Shown piece by piece: positions 28,977 through 39,058 of a stretch of DNA of 64,000 bases (its first letter is position 1; each line of letters starts with the position of its first letter). This DNA is from Patescibacteria group bacterium. Its GTDB lineage: Bacteria; Patescibacteriota; Microgenomatia; JAMCZE01. Below the pieces are notes generated by a model. It was not told where the DNA came from. It ran no database searches and worked only from the letters and a program-made list of their open reading frames with translations. The stretch is taken from positions 62,456-126,455 of the forward strand of contig JAMCZE010000001.1 in assembly GCA_023485845.1 (NCBI GenBank), written 5' to 3'. The position numbers and the translations under genes were made by a program.

Positions 28977-30405
28977 TATTTTTGCCTGGGTTCTTCTGAC
29001 GTCTGGTTATCTGATTAGTCGTCTGGTTAACTTGGGAATTATTCCCATCTTCACTGATGAGGCCATCTATTTGCGCTGGAGCCAAATCATGGCCAATGAC
29101 GCGGCGCTGCGCTATTTGCCCCTGGTTGACGGCAAACCGCCGCTATTTATGTGGCTAACAGCCGTGGTGATGCGCCTTTTGCCTCGCCTTGACCCACTTT
29201 TAACCGGACGGTTGGTTTCTGTTGGCGCTGGTCTTGCCAGCACCATCGGCATCTTTTTTGCTTCTTATGTGCTCTTTAAAAACAAAAAAATCTCTTATCT
29301 TGCTTCTCTATTCTATATACTCACCCCTTTCTGTTTTTTTTACGATCGTTTCGGCCTTGATGATTCACTCTTGGCGATGTTTGGCATCTGGAGCTTGGGT
29401 TTGGGTGTTTTATTGGCGAAGAAACTCCGCCTGGATGTGGCGATGATTGATGGAATCGCCATCGGTTTTGGGCTCTTGACCAAAACCCCGGCCAATTTTT
29501 TCCTGGTGCTTTTGCCGACCCTGCTACTATTTTTTGATTTTCGCAATAAGAACTGGCAGTCTAACCTGTTAAAACTGGCCGGATTGTTTATGGTGGTAGT
29601 GGTTTTTGCCCAGGGCATTTTCTCCGTCTTGCGGCTTTTTCCGCTGTTTAGCATGATTGGTCAAAAAAACCTGGAATTTGTTGTTCCTTTGTCAGTTTTG
29701 ATCACCCACCCATTGGAATTTTTCCCGGGCAATTTGCACAGCCTACTTAGTTGGGAATTTGTTTATCTAACCCCCTTAATCTCCCTGATATCCCTTATTG
29801 GTCTTTGGGTTGGCCTGAAGAAGTGGCCGCGGCAAACTCTTTTCTTGGCTGCCGGTTTTGTCCTCCCTCTGGTGGCCATTGCCTTGTTCAATAAAGTTAT
29901 CTATCCGCGTTATCTTTCGACTTTCACCCCGGTTCTTTTAATCCTGGCCGCCGTCGGTCTGGCCAATTGTAAGAAAGTTTCCCTAATCTTTCTGATTTCC
30001 CTTATAGTTTTTGCCTGGCCAATCTACACTGATCTTAAGTTGATCACTGACCCGGTTCATGCTCCGCTCCTGCAGGCGGACCGGGACCAATATCTTGACG
30101 GCTGGCCGGCCGGCTTTGGCGTGATTCAGATTCGCAAGTATTTAGCGGGCAAAACCGGGGTCATCGCCACCGAGGGGACCTTTGGTCTAATGCCTTATTC
30201 ACTGGAGCTTTATCAAAAAGACTATCCGAATGTGGAAATAAAAGCTTATTGGCCGCTGCCGGCAACTGCCCCGGCCGGATTGAACTATGTGATTGTCTAC
30301 CAGCACCCCGGTGCGCCGGCCGGCTGGCACGTGGAACTGCTGGCGAAATACCGTCAAGGCCTGGGCGATAGCTATTTGCGGCTGTATAAAGTGCTTCCCC
30401 AATGA
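28954..30405 (+). CDS. GT-C glycosyltransferase, ArnT-like (GT83-like)
   Basis: ATG 28954 chosen (track TTG 28924). PIFTDEAIYLRW DE motif; 483 aa polytopic. Confidence 0.7.
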   Translation: MIKLKRADIFAWVLLTSGYLISRLVNLGIIPIFTDEAIYLRWSQIMANDAALRYLPLVDGKPPLFMWLTAVVMRLLPRLDPLLTGRLVSVGAGLASTIGIFFASYVLFKNKKISYLASLFYILTPFCFFYDRFGLDDSLLAMFGIWSLGLGVLLAKKLRLDVAMIDGIAIGFGLLTKTPANFFLVLLPTLLLFFDFRNKNWQSNLLKLAGLFMVVVVFAQGIFSVLRLFPLFSMIGQKNLEFVVPLSVLITHPLEFFPGNLHSLLSWEFVYLTPLISLISLIGLWVGLKKWPRQTLFLAAGFVLPLVAIALFNKVIYPRYLSTFTPVLLILAAVGLANCKKVSLIFLISLIVFAWPIYTDLKLITDPVHAPLLQADRDQYLDGWPAGFGVIQIRKYLAGKTGVIATEGTFGLMPYSLELYQKDYPNVEIKAYWPLPATAPAGLNYVIVYQHPGAPAGWHVELLAKYRQGLGDSYLRLYKVLPQ

Positions 30406-31883
30406 AGAAATATGCGCTTTTATTAACCATTGTTTTTCTAGCGGCATTGCTTCGCCTCTGGCAGTTGGGAGTCAATCCGCCCAGTCTGGATTGGGATGAA
30501 GCCTCGTTAGGCTGGAACGCTTATTCAATTTTAAAAACCGGTAGTGATGAGTTTGGTAAACCCATCCCGGTTTCTTTGCGGTCGTTTAATGACTATAAAC
30601 CGGCCATGTATGCCTACGCGGCCATTCCGTCGATTGCCGTTTTTGGCCTCAATGAATTTTCCGTTCGCCTGCCTTCGGCAATCGCCGGCATCTTGACGGT
30701 GTTGGTTACTTTCTTTCTGGTCAAGGAACTCACAGACAATGATCTATTGAGTTACTGTGTCGCTGGGTTACTGGCGGTTTCTCCTTGGTCGATTCAGTTT
30801 TCCCGAGTGGCTTTTGAAGCCAATCTTGCCCTTTTTTTCTTTGTTCTCGGGGCCTACTTTTTAATTAAGTTTCTCCACCGCCCCAACATTCTATTTTCTA
30901 TTGCCTACTGTCTGTCGTTTGTTGCCTCTATTTATTCCTATCACAGTCCGCGGGTGGTGGTGCCGGTGTTATTGGTCGCAATAGTTTTAATTTATCGCCG
31001 CATCTTTCTTTCCCACTGGCGTTTGTTTCTTGTTTCTTATTTCTTATTTCTTGCACTGCTTTATCCCTTGGCGCGCAACACGGTTCACACGGGGTCACTT
31101 GAGGCCCGCTATCAAACAGTAGCCGCCAAATTAGATCCAATGGTGATCACCGGCAACTACTTGCGCCATTTTAATTTTGACTTTCTTTTTCTGACCGGGG
31201 ACGACCAGGACCGCCATCACGCGCCCGATATGGGCCTTCTTTATTTGTGGGAGTTTCCTTTTCTTCTAGCTGGCCTTTATTTTCTGGTTAAGGATCGGCC
31301 AAAGTTTTTGCCCTTTTTGGCCATATGGTTTTTTGCCGCCCCGACTGCCTCGTCTTTAGCTAACGATGCTCCCCATGCCGTCCGCTCCCTTTTATTCTTG
31401 CCCACCTGGCAAATTATTACCGCCTATGGTCTGGTGAATCTCCTTCGTGGTCGTCCCCTTCTGGTTTGTCTGATCAGTCTGGTTATCTTCGCTAATGTTT
31501 TCTATTTTCTCCATCAATATTTTGTTCATTTGCCGGTGGAGGATGCCCCCGCTTGGCAATATGGCTACAAACAAATGGTCAAAAACGTTTTGGCGGTCGA
31601 GAAAAATTATGACCGAATTTATGTCACCGGTGCTTATGACCAGCCCTACATTTATTTTCTCTTTTATGGCCGCATCGCCCCGACGATCAAAAATGATGGC
31701 TATTTCTACACTGGCTTTGACAAATACCAGTTTTCCACCACCGACGTAGTCGACCTCAAGGGCCTCTACGTCCTGGCCCCGAAAGACAACCCTCCGGCGG
31801 GATATAAATTAAATGTTTTAGAAACGGTTAATTTCCCCGCTGGCGCCCCGGCGTTTGAAATTGGTACAATACAAAAATCATGA
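30402..31883 (+). CDS. GT-C glycosyltransferase, PMT/ArnT-like (close paralog of the 22101..24181 gene)
   Basis: LDWDEASLGWNAYSILKTGSDEFGKPIP..DYKPAMYAY closely matches the duplicated gene's N-terminus. Contains a (TTTCTTR)4 tract. Confidence 0.7.
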   Translation: MKKYALLLTIVFLAALLRLWQLGVNPPSLDWDEASLGWNAYSILKTGSDEFGKPIPVSLRSFNDYKPAMYAYAAIPSIAVFGLNEFSVRLPSAIAGILTVLVTFFLVKELTDNDLLSYCVAGLLAVSPWSIQFSRVAFEANLALFFFVLGAYFLIKFLHRPNILFSIAYCLSFVASIYSYHSPRVVVPVLLVAIVLIYRRIFLSHWRLFLVSYFLFLALLYPLARNTVHTGSLEARYQTVAAKLDPMVITGNYLRHFNFDFLFLTGDDQDRHHAPDMGLLYLWEFPFLLAGLYFLVKDRPKFLPFLAIWFFAAPTASSLANDAPHAVRSLLFLPTWQIITAYGLVNLLRGRPLLVCLISLVIFANVFYFLHQYFVHLPVEDAPAWQYGYKQMVKNVLAVEKNYDRIYVTGAYDQPYIYFLFYGRIAPTIKNDGYFYTGFDKYQFSTTDVVDLKGLYVLAPKDNPPAGYKLNVLETVNFPAGAPAFEIGTIQKS

Positions 31884-32635
31884 AGCCATATTTGTCGGTT
31901 GTCATCCCTGCCTATAATGAAGCCAGGAACTTTCGGGATGGAGTTTTGGACCAGGCAATAGGCTATCTAAAAAAACAAAAATATTCCTGGGAGGTTTTGC
32001 TGGTTAATGACGGTTCCACCGACGACACTAAGGTCCTTTTGGAAGGATTTTGCAAAAAGAATAGGAACTGCCGATTGATGACAATTTCCCACGGTGGCAA
32101 GGCAGCAGCCGTGACCGCCGGAATGCTGGCAGCGGGAGGAGAAATGGTTGTTTTCACCGACTTTGACCAGTCAACACCGCTTAACCAAATAGAGAAGTTT
32201 ATTAAGGAGCACAAAGCCGGGGCAGGCGTGGTGGTCGGTGATCGGGGAGGAATGGGCAAGATGAATAACACCCTCTTTCGCCGGATCAGAAGTATGGTTT
32301 TTGTCACCTTAGTAAATATTATCCTTTTGCCGGGGATCCGTGACAGCCAATGTGGGTTCAAGTCCTTCACCGGTGGCGCCGCCAAAGAGATCTTCAAGAG
32401 CTTGAAGGTTACCCGGACAAGGAAAGTCACCGGGGGCTACATGGGGGCGTTTGATGTTGAGGTTCTTTACTTGGCTCGAAAATTTGGCTATAAAATAGTT
32501 CAAGTCCCGGTAATTTGGAAAAATGTCGAAGGAACCAGGCTTAATCCTTGGCTGGAGCCACTTAAGATGTTGTGCGACACCGTTAAAGTTCGTTTAACCA
32601 ATTATGATTATCACTCAAACACCGCTGCGGATTAG
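31880..32635 (+). CDS. GT2 glycosyltransferase, soluble DPM1-like (paralog of 668..1447)
   Basis: LSVVIPAYNEARN..EVLLVNDGSTDDT..TDFDQSTP motifs. Confidence 0.8.
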   Translation: MKPYLSVVIPAYNEARNFRDGVLDQAIGYLKKQKYSWEVLLVNDGSTDDTKVLLEGFCKKNRNCRLMTISHGGKAAAVTAGMLAAGGEMVVFTDFDQSTPLNQIEKFIKEHKAGAGVVVGDRGGMGKMNNTLFRRIRSMVFVTLVNIILLPGIRDSQCGFKSFTGGAAKEIFKSLKVTRTRKVTGGYMGAFDVEVLYLARKFGYKIVQVPVIWKNVEGTRLNPWLEPLKMLCDTVKVRLTNYDYHSNTAAD

Positions 32636-33584
32636 TTTTCTTGGGGGCAACACCGATTTCCCGGATTTTTTCAGGAAACACGGCGGGGCGGTGCTGACCA
32701 CGGCTATCGATAAGTATATTTATTGTATTCTCACTGAACGCTTTGATGACAAGATTTATGTTAACTGGAGTAAGAAAGAAATTGTTGACAATGTTGATCA
32801 GATTGAACATGAACTGGTGCGGGAGGCCATGAAGAAAACCGGCGTCACCAAGGGGGTGGAAATTTCTTTTTTGGCAGACATTCCTTCCGAAGGTTCCGGC
32901 CTTGGTTCCTCCGGCTCGGTGTTGGTGGGAGCCTTAAACGCTCTCTATCACCATGTTGGTCACACCCCAACCCCAGAACAGCTAGCAGAAGAAGCGGTGG
33001 AGATTGAGGTGGAGAAATTGGGTAAACCGGTTGGTGTCCAGGACCAGTACATTGCCGCTTTTGGCGGTTTACGCTTTTTGGAATTTCACAAAACCGGAGA
33101 TATTTCTACCGAGAAAGTGAACTTAACCAACGGTCGGCTGGCCGATCTGGCGAGCTCTCTGATGCTTTTCTACACTGGTCGATCCCGACTTTCCAAGACT
33201 ATTTTGGTTGATGTCCATCAAAATCTTGACAAAAAAACACAAGTTCTCTTGCAAACTAAGAGGCTGGCGCAGACGGGGCACCGGGCACTGGTCAGCGGCA
33301 ACGTGCAAAAACTTGGAGAACTAATGAACGAATATTGGCAACTGAAAAAGGCGATGGCGGATAATATTTCCGACCGGGAGATCGATCGGATGTATTCTCT
33401 GGCAAAAAAGGCCGGGGCCATCGGCGGAAAAATTGCCGGCGCCGGGGGTGGCGGGTTTTTGGTGTTAATCGTTCCCAGCCAGAGGCGGGAATCAGTCCGC
33501 CAAGCCCTATCTTCTTATAAAGAGCTTCCTATTGGATTGGAGCGGGATGGCAGCAAGGTCATTTTTAATGTTCGCCGCTATTAG
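32604..33584 (+). CDS. GHMP-family sugar kinase, D-glycero-D-manno-heptose 7-phosphate kinase (HddA)-like
   Basis: GHMP ATP motif PSEGSGLGSSGS and C-terminal GAGGGGF. Placed directly upstream of gmhA. Confidence 0.65.
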   Translation: MIITQTPLRISFLGGNTDFPDFFRKHGGAVLTTAIDKYIYCILTERFDDKIYVNWSKKEIVDNVDQIEHELVREAMKKTGVTKGVEISFLADIPSEGSGLGSSGSVLVGALNALYHHVGHTPTPEQLAEEAVEIEVEKLGKPVGVQDQYIAAFGGLRFLEFHKTGDISTEKVNLTNGRLADLASSLMLFYTGRSRLSKTILVDVHQNLDKKTQVLLQTKRLAQTGHRALVSGNVQKLGELMNEYWQLKKAMADNISDREIDRMYSLAKKAGAIGGKIAGAGGGGFLVLIVPSQRRESVRQALSSYKELPIGLERDGSKVIFNVRRY

Positions 33585-33587
33585 AAC

Positions 33588-34175
33588 ATGAAAGACTACA
33601 TTGCCAATTTAAAGATATACCTGGATAAGATTAATTTGGCAAAGTTAGAATCCGCTGCTAAATTGCTAGCCGGTACTTATCAAAAACGCTCAACTGTGTT
33701 CGTGGTTGGTAATGGCGGATCAGCTGCCACCGCTTCGCATATTGCTTGTGATTTGGCCAAAACAGTTCGTGGACATAAAGGCGATTCCCCCTGGCTGTCT
33801 TTCAAGGTGATCACGCTGACCGACAACGTTCCCCTGATAACTGCCTGGAGCAATGATGTGGGCTATGAATCAGCTTATTCCGGTCAGTTAGAGGCCTTGG
33901 GAGAAAAAGGAGACTTGTTAATTGCCATTTCTTCTTCGGGAAACTCACAAAACATTCTAAACTGCGTTAAGGCTGCTCGGAAAATGGGAATCAAAACCAT
34001 TGGAATTTCCGGCTTTGGCGGGGGAAAACTAAAGAAAATTTGTGATCTTTCTTTAACCACGGATGCGGCCGCCTATGGTCCGGTCGAGGATATACAATTA
34101 ATTATCAACCACATGTTAACAGACTATTTTTTAAAAACATTGTCACAGGGAAAACTAAAAGTTAATACCCCATAA
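33588..34175 (+). CDS. gmhA: Phosphoheptose isomerase (SIS domain), GmhA
   Basis: VFVVGNGGSAATASHIACDL SIS/GmhA signature. 195 aa. Confidence 0.8.
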   Translation: MKDYIANLKIYLDKINLAKLESAAKLLAGTYQKRSTVFVVGNGGSAATASHIACDLAKTVRGHKGDSPWLSFKVITLTDNVPLITAWSNDVGYESAYSGQLEALGEKGDLLIAISSSGNSQNILNCVKAARKMGIKTIGISGFGGGKLKKICDLSLTTDAAAYGPVEDIQLIINHMLTDYFLKTLSQGKLKVNTP

Positions 34176-35528
34176 ACTTCCGGGCGGACAAATAAGTGAT
34201 AGTTGGGTTGCGATTATCCGGCAGTTGCGATAAATAGGCTACTTGGTATTTTCCCGGGTAAAAAACGGCAAAGAAATCCTGATTTGATAGGTCTAATTTT
34301 AACTCGCTTGCCGGGCTCCAGGGCAGTCCGGCATCCGCTGGTGTGTCATAGAAAACGATATTTTTGTTTCCTTGGTATGTTCGGAAATATGTTTCCACCC
34401 GTTTGGCCACCTGGGCTCCCTGAACGATCCAATGAGTTTGGGCAGTTAGCCGCAAAGTGAAAAGGGAAGTTGCCAGCCAGGCTCCGCAAATAATTAAGAG
34501 GAATTTATTATTTTGTCTGGCCATCAACCAGCCCAGAAACAAAACCAGCCCGACTAGGGGAACGCCCAGCTCATAGGTGAACTTGTGCCAGGGGAGAAAG
34601 GCTACTGGGACCAGTGTCAAGAAAAACCAGCTGGCAGCGATTATGGTTATTGCCCAGTTCCCTTTTGGTTTTTTAACCAGGGCAAAAAGAGCACCGGTCA
34701 CGGTAACGGCGAAAAATGCCAGGATCACCATTGTCTGTGTCCCGTGGAAAGCCCAAAGATTAGGGTTAATATGTAATCCCGGGCCGATGTAGTCAACCAG
34801 TAGCTCGGGAAGATTAAAGGCCCAAAGCAGATACCAACCCAGGGTGTTGAGAACCTTCGGTGAAAACTGCAAAACATACACGCTTCCCGGCGGCAGGCCA
34901 AAGAAAAGCAAATGGATAACTAGATAGGCGGCCACCAGCACATAATGGGGAATCAGGCTAAAAAGCCGGCGCCAAGATCTTTCCAAAAGAACCAACACGG
35001 TTAGCATGGGGGGATCATGATGGCGGTTTCCTTGGACATTAGCGCTGCCACTAGAGCCAGGAAGGACAGAATACCCCGTTTTTCTAAAAAAAGAATTACC
35101 GAAAGAAGAAAGAATAAGATTAATCCTGTTTCCTGAAAGATTGCGGTCCAATAGAGGTGGGCAAAGTGAGTAGCGGAAACGGCGTAGAGAAAGGTGCTGA
35201 TCAAAGCCGATTTCTCATTGCGAAGAATAATCTTTGCCAACCGGTGGATAAGATAGATGTCGGCAAAGAAGACAATAAAGGAAATAATGTGCAAAGGAAT
35301 GGGAGAAAGGTTAAACAGGTGGCTGACAAAAAAATAGGCTTGGGTGGTTAGCGGCCGGTAGGAGCCCATTCGTTCCGGGGCATGAATGGGGTCAAAAAAA
35401 TTTAAAAACCCGGCAACGCTATGGACATCGGCCAGCCGCAGTTCCAAAAAATCATCCCGGGTGAAGAAATTACCCAAGGACGGCAAAAAGAGCAGGAAGG
35501 CTAAAAGACAAATCAACTTAAGTTTCAT
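34162..35528 (-). pseudogene. Antisense-embedded GT-C-like membrane protein gene present as two ORFs (35001..35528 and 34162..35007) joined at a C6 tract
   Basis: Upstream ORF ends ..ATGATCCCCCCATGCTAA. The downstream ORF's ATG (35007) lies 7 nt inside it. A +1 C insertion in the C6 run (plus-strand G6 at 35008..35013) fuses both into one ~456-aa polytopic protein. Confidence 0.5.
35008..35013. repeat. G6/C6 homopolymer at an ORF junction
   Basis: Read directly; see the pseudogene entry above. Confidence 0.9.
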
Positions 35529-35552
35529 CTAAAGCTATGATATCATCAAATC
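35529..35552. promoter_or_regulatory. 24-bp divergent junction containing the 10-bp perfect palindrome ATGATATCAT (35537..35546)
   Basis: Read directly. TATGAT / TATCAT -10-like hexamers face both divergent starts (35528 minus, 35553 plus) at about 7 nt. Confidence 0.3.
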
Positions 35553-36428
35553 GTGAAACTTTGTGTCACCTTGGCCACCTTTAATGAGGAGAAGAACCTG
35601 GCCCGCTGTCTGGAAGCGGTCAAGGACATCGCCGATGAGATTGTGATTGTGGACGGCACTTCCACCGACAAAACCCGTGATATCGCCAAAAGCTTCGGGG
35701 CAAAAATTACCATGGTCTTAAACCGGCCGGAAAATTTCCACATAAATAAAGAGAAAGCTCTTCGTCTGTCGAAAAGCGAATGGATTCTTCAACTGGACGC
35801 AGATGAAGTGGTCTCTTCCGATCTTGCTAAAGAAATAATCAAAGTGGTTAACATGGATCCGGTGAGTCTGGAAAAATATCAAAATACCCTGCTGAACAAA
35901 GAATTATTTCTTAGGCACCAGTTGGTGGTGGAACAGCGCGATGGAAAAATTGGAAGTGATAGCGGCCCATATACGGCATTTTTTATTCCCCGCCTCAATT
36001 TTTTTCTGGGTAAATTCATCCGACATGGGGGTATTTACCCGGACGGAGTCATTAGACTAGTTAAGAATGGGCACGCCCATTTCCCCCAAAAAAGTGTTCA
36101 TGAACAAATTAAAATTGATGGTCGCGTGGGCTGGTTGACCAATAATCTCTTACACTATGGCAATCCAAGTTTTTCAACCTACCTGGAGAAGCGGTTTAAT
36201 CGATACACGAATATTATGGCGGTGAGTTTATCCGGCGGATTTATAGAGAATGTTATTTGGCGGCCATTGTTTGATAAATATCAAGGCTTTTTCTTTATTT
36301 ATTTTCGCCATCTGGGTTTTTTGGACGGTTTCCCGGGGTTTGTCTGGGCGCTTTTTTCCGCCCTGCATTTCCCGATTGCCTACTTTAAAAAGATGGAGAA
36401 AAAATATGGTGCGCGTTCAACTCATTAA
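35553..36428 (+). CDS. GT2 glycosyltransferase, WaaE/KdtX-like (paralog of 18115..18921)
   Basis: GTG start. LCVTLATFNEEKN..EIVIVDGTSTD..LQLDADE motifs. Confidence 0.7.
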   Translation: MKLCVTLATFNEEKNLARCLEAVKDIADEIVIVDGTSTDKTRDIAKSFGAKITMVLNRPENFHINKEKALRLSKSEWILQLDADEVVSSDLAKEIIKVVNMDPVSLEKYQNTLLNKELFLRHQLVVEQRDGKIGSDSGPYTAFFIPRLNFFLGKFIRHGGIYPDGVIRLVKNGHAHFPQKSVHEQIKIDGRVGWLTNNLLHYGNPSFSTYLEKRFNRYTNIMAVSLSGGFIENVIWRPLFDKYQGFFFIYFRHLGFLDGFPGFVWALFSALHFPIAYFKKMEKKYGARSTH

Positions 36429-37377
36429 CCCGCCAAATCTCGGCAACTCTTTCCGGGGTGTGGGTTTTTATGGACAGAATCTAACGGCCGCTTTGGAAAA
36501 GATTCCCGATTTGGACTTAACCGATCAAAATCCGCAGGTCATCCACTATCTCTATTTTGACCCGTTTTTTCTGACTTTGCCGCCATTTCACCGGGCAAGA
36601 ACCGTGGTCACTATTTTTGATCTCACGCCATTTATTCTTCCAACACTTTTTCCCCGCGGCCTCCGGGGGGAAATCAAATGGCAAATTCAAAAAAGGCTGG
36701 TGTCCCAAGCAGATGCCATTATCACCATTTCTCAATCCGCGAAAGCCGACATTGCCCGCATTATTGGTGTCCCCAAAGAAAAAATATTGGTCACCTATTT
36801 AGCAGCCGGCAAAAGCTGTCGACCAAAAAAGGTTAAGCAGGAAAATTTTATCCTTTATATTGGCGACGTCAACCCAAACAAAAATCTTTCCAGTCTGATT
36901 AGGGCGATGGTCCAGCTGCCAGACGAGAAATTAGTCCTTGTCGGCAAGGCCTTCACGGACATGAATCTGCCGGAGACCAGGGCAATCAGGGCCGAAATTA
37001 AAAATTTGGGACTTGAAAAAAAGGTTTCCCTGCCGGGATTTATTAGTGAGGAGGAAAAAGTGAGCCTTCTTAATCGGGCGGCGGTCTATGTTCAGCCGTC
37101 AATTTATGAAGGTTTTGGACTGCCGGTTTTGGAGGCCATGGCTTGTGGCACGCCGGTGGTTTGCGGCCGAAATTCCAGTTTGCCGGAAATTGCGGGAGAA
37201 GCGGCCGTGTTTGCGGATGTTTCTGATTCCAGTGATCTAGCGCGAAAGATTTTGGAAGCAAAGAAGGGGAAGTTAATTCAAAAAGGACTAGCCCAAGCGG
37301 CAAAATTTAGTTGGGAAAAAACTGCCCGGGAAACTGCCCGGATTTATGAAGACCTTTGTCATCATTCCCGCTTATAA
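36406..37377 (+). CDS. GT4 (GT-B fold) glycosyltransferase
   Basis: GGAGAA RBS 6 nt upstream of ATG 36406 (track start 36250 rejected). C-terminal EGFGLPVLEAMACGTPVV. Confidence 0.8.
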   Translation: MVRVQLINPPNLGNSFRGVGFYGQNLTAALEKIPDLDLTDQNPQVIHYLYFDPFFLTLPPFHRARTVVTIFDLTPFILPTLFPRGLRGEIKWQIQKRLVSQADAIITISQSAKADIARIIGVPKEKILVTYLAAGKSCRPKKVKQENFILYIGDVNPNKNLSSLIRAMVQLPDEKLVLVGKAFTDMNLPETRAIRAEIKNLGLEKKVSLPGFISEEEKVSLLNRAAVYVQPSIYEGFGLPVLEAMACGTPVVCGRNSSLPEIAGEAAVFADVSDSSDLARKILEAKKGKLIQKGLAQAAKFSWEKTARETARIYEDLCHHSRL

Positions 37378-38017
37378 CGAGGCCGAAACCATCGCTAATG
37401 TGATTGCCGATTTGCGCCGCTTCGGCTATTGGGACATTGTGGTGGTCAATGACGGTTCCCGAGACGACACGGGCAAGATTGCCCGCCGGTTAAAAGTCAC
37501 GGTGCTGACCCATGTGCTCAATCGCGGCTTGGGGGCGGCTTTGGGCACCGGGTTTGCTTATGCCCAAAAGACGGGGGCTGATGTTCTGGTCACGTTTGAT
37601 GCTGACGGTCAGCATAAGGCAAAAGACATAAAGAAACTTCTCGATGTGTTGGTGAAAAAAAATGTTGACGTGGTGATTGGCAGCCGGACTCGGCAGCGGG
37701 CCAATATGCCGCTTGGTCGCCGCCTGTTAAATTTTCTAAGTAACGTTCTCACGCTTATTTTGTTCCAAGTTTGGTCCAGTGATTCCCAATCAGGCCTACG
37801 GGTGTTTAACAAAAAAGCCCTGGAATGTATTAATATTAAGACGGACAAGATGGAGGTCAGCAGTGAATTTTTTAAGGAAATAAGAGATAATCATCTAAAG
37901 TTTGCCGAGGTGCCGATTTCCGCCGTCTACACGGCCTATGGGATGCTCAGCAGCAAACAAGGGGAATTCGCGTCAGCCAGAATTTCCTGGAAACTTTTTT
38001 TGCGGCTGTTTCGCTAA
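37346..38017 (+). CDS. GT2 glycosyltransferase, DPM1/GtrB-like (soluble)
   Basis: FVIIPAYNEAETI..IVVVNDGSRDDT..TFDADGQH. Confidence 0.8.
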   Translation: MKTFVIIPAYNEAETIANVIADLRRFGYWDIVVVNDGSRDDTGKIARRLKVTVLTHVLNRGLGAALGTGFAYAQKTGADVLVTFDADGQHKAKDIKKLLDVLVKKNVDVVIGSRTRQRANMPLGRRLLNFLSNVLTLILFQVWSSDSQSGLRVFNKKALECINIKTDKMEVSSEFFKEIRDNHLKFAEVPISAVYTAYGMLSSKQGEFASARISWKLFLRLFR

Positions 38018-38020
38018 ATT

Positions 38021-38350
38021 ATGTTTTTATTTCAAATCATCACTATCTTTTTCCTGCTGTTTGCTCTAAGCCGGGTTTTTTTGCGGGCTAAGGGAGGTCA
38101 GATTAAAACCGGGGAATCTTTTTTCTGGGGGGTGGTTTTCACCGCCGCCGGATTGGCCATTGTTTTCCCCCGGGAGCTAACGTCGCTGGCAAATTCCTTG
38201 GGCGTTGGTCGGGGAGCGGATCTGGTGGTCTACATTTCCATCATCGCCCTCTTCTATTTGGTTTTTCGCATCTATGTGATGATGGAGAACATCCGTCACG
38301 AAATCACCGAACTGGTCCGCAAAGTTGCCCTGGAAAAGAAAACTAAATGA
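38021..38350 (+). CDS. DUF2304-like small membrane protein
   Basis: 109 aa, 3 TM, charged C-terminal tail. This family typically sits beside DPM1-like GT2 genes (recalled from memory). Confidence 0.5.
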   Translation: MFLFQIITIFFLLFALSRVFLRAKGGQIKTGESFFWGVVFTAAGLAIVFPRELTSLANSLGVGRGADLVVYISIIALFYLVFRIYVMMENIRHEITELVRKVALEKKTK

Positions 38351-39048
38351 AAACGCTCTCCGTAATTATTCCTGTCTACAATGAGGAACAGACGGTGGCG
38401 GAGGTGATTGAACGAGTGGCTGCGGTCAAACTGCCGCGGATAAAAAAAGAAATTATTGTCGTCAATGATGGCTCAACCGACCGAACCCGGGAACGGATTA
38501 GACTAACTCCGAAAAAGGGCAATGGGTTAATCGTTCATAATCAACTAATAAATTTGGGAAAGGGAGCAGCCGTCCGAACCGGTTTAGCGCTTGCCAGTGG
38601 AGATTTCATTATTATCCAAGATGCCGATTTAGAGCTTAACCCGCAGGAGTATTACAAGATTCTTTCCCCGATCGTCTCCGGAAAGAGTCAGGTTGTTTAC
38701 GGATCCCGTTTTGCTAAAGGCCAAAACGCCATTTCTTTGCGGACCAAAGTTGCCAACGGCATGCTGACCGCTTTGACAAATTGTCTTTTTGGCGGCCATC
38801 TGACGGATATGGAAACAGCATATAAAGCTTTTGACAAAAAAGTCTTAGGCTTTTTAAGTAAAACAAAACTTCGGTCTCTTGAATTTGAATTCGAGCCGGA
38901 AATCACCGCAAAATTGTTAAAAAATAAGATAAAGATTTTAGAAGTGCCGATTGAATATCACCCGCGCACTGTCGCCGCCGGCAAGAAAATTCGGCTCAAG
39001 GATGGCTTGGAAGCGATTTTAACTTTGTTGCGTTGCCGATTTTGGTAA
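38347..39048 (+). CDS. GT2 glycosyltransferase, DPM1/GtrB-like (soluble)
   Basis: [33 protein letters not shown]. Confidence 0.8.
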   Translation: MKTLSVIIPVYNEEQTVAEVIERVAAVKLPRIKKEIIVVNDGSTDRTRERIRLTPKKGNGLIVHNQLINLGKGAAVRTGLALASGDFIIIQDADLELNPQEYYKILSPIVSGKSQVVYGSRFAKGQNAISLRTKVANGMLTALTNCLFGGHLTDMETAYKAFDKKVLGFLSKTKLRSLEFEFEPEITAKLLKNKIKILEVPIEYHPRTVAAGKKIRLKDGLEAILTLLRCRFW

Positions 39049-39058
39049 GATTAATTTA

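Noticed and set aside
35537-35546. ATGATATCAT palindrome (contains GATATC) as a restriction-modification target or R-M system signal
   Set aside because: No methylase or endonuclease genes are in the window. Its position exactly between two divergent start codons favours a promoter/operator role.
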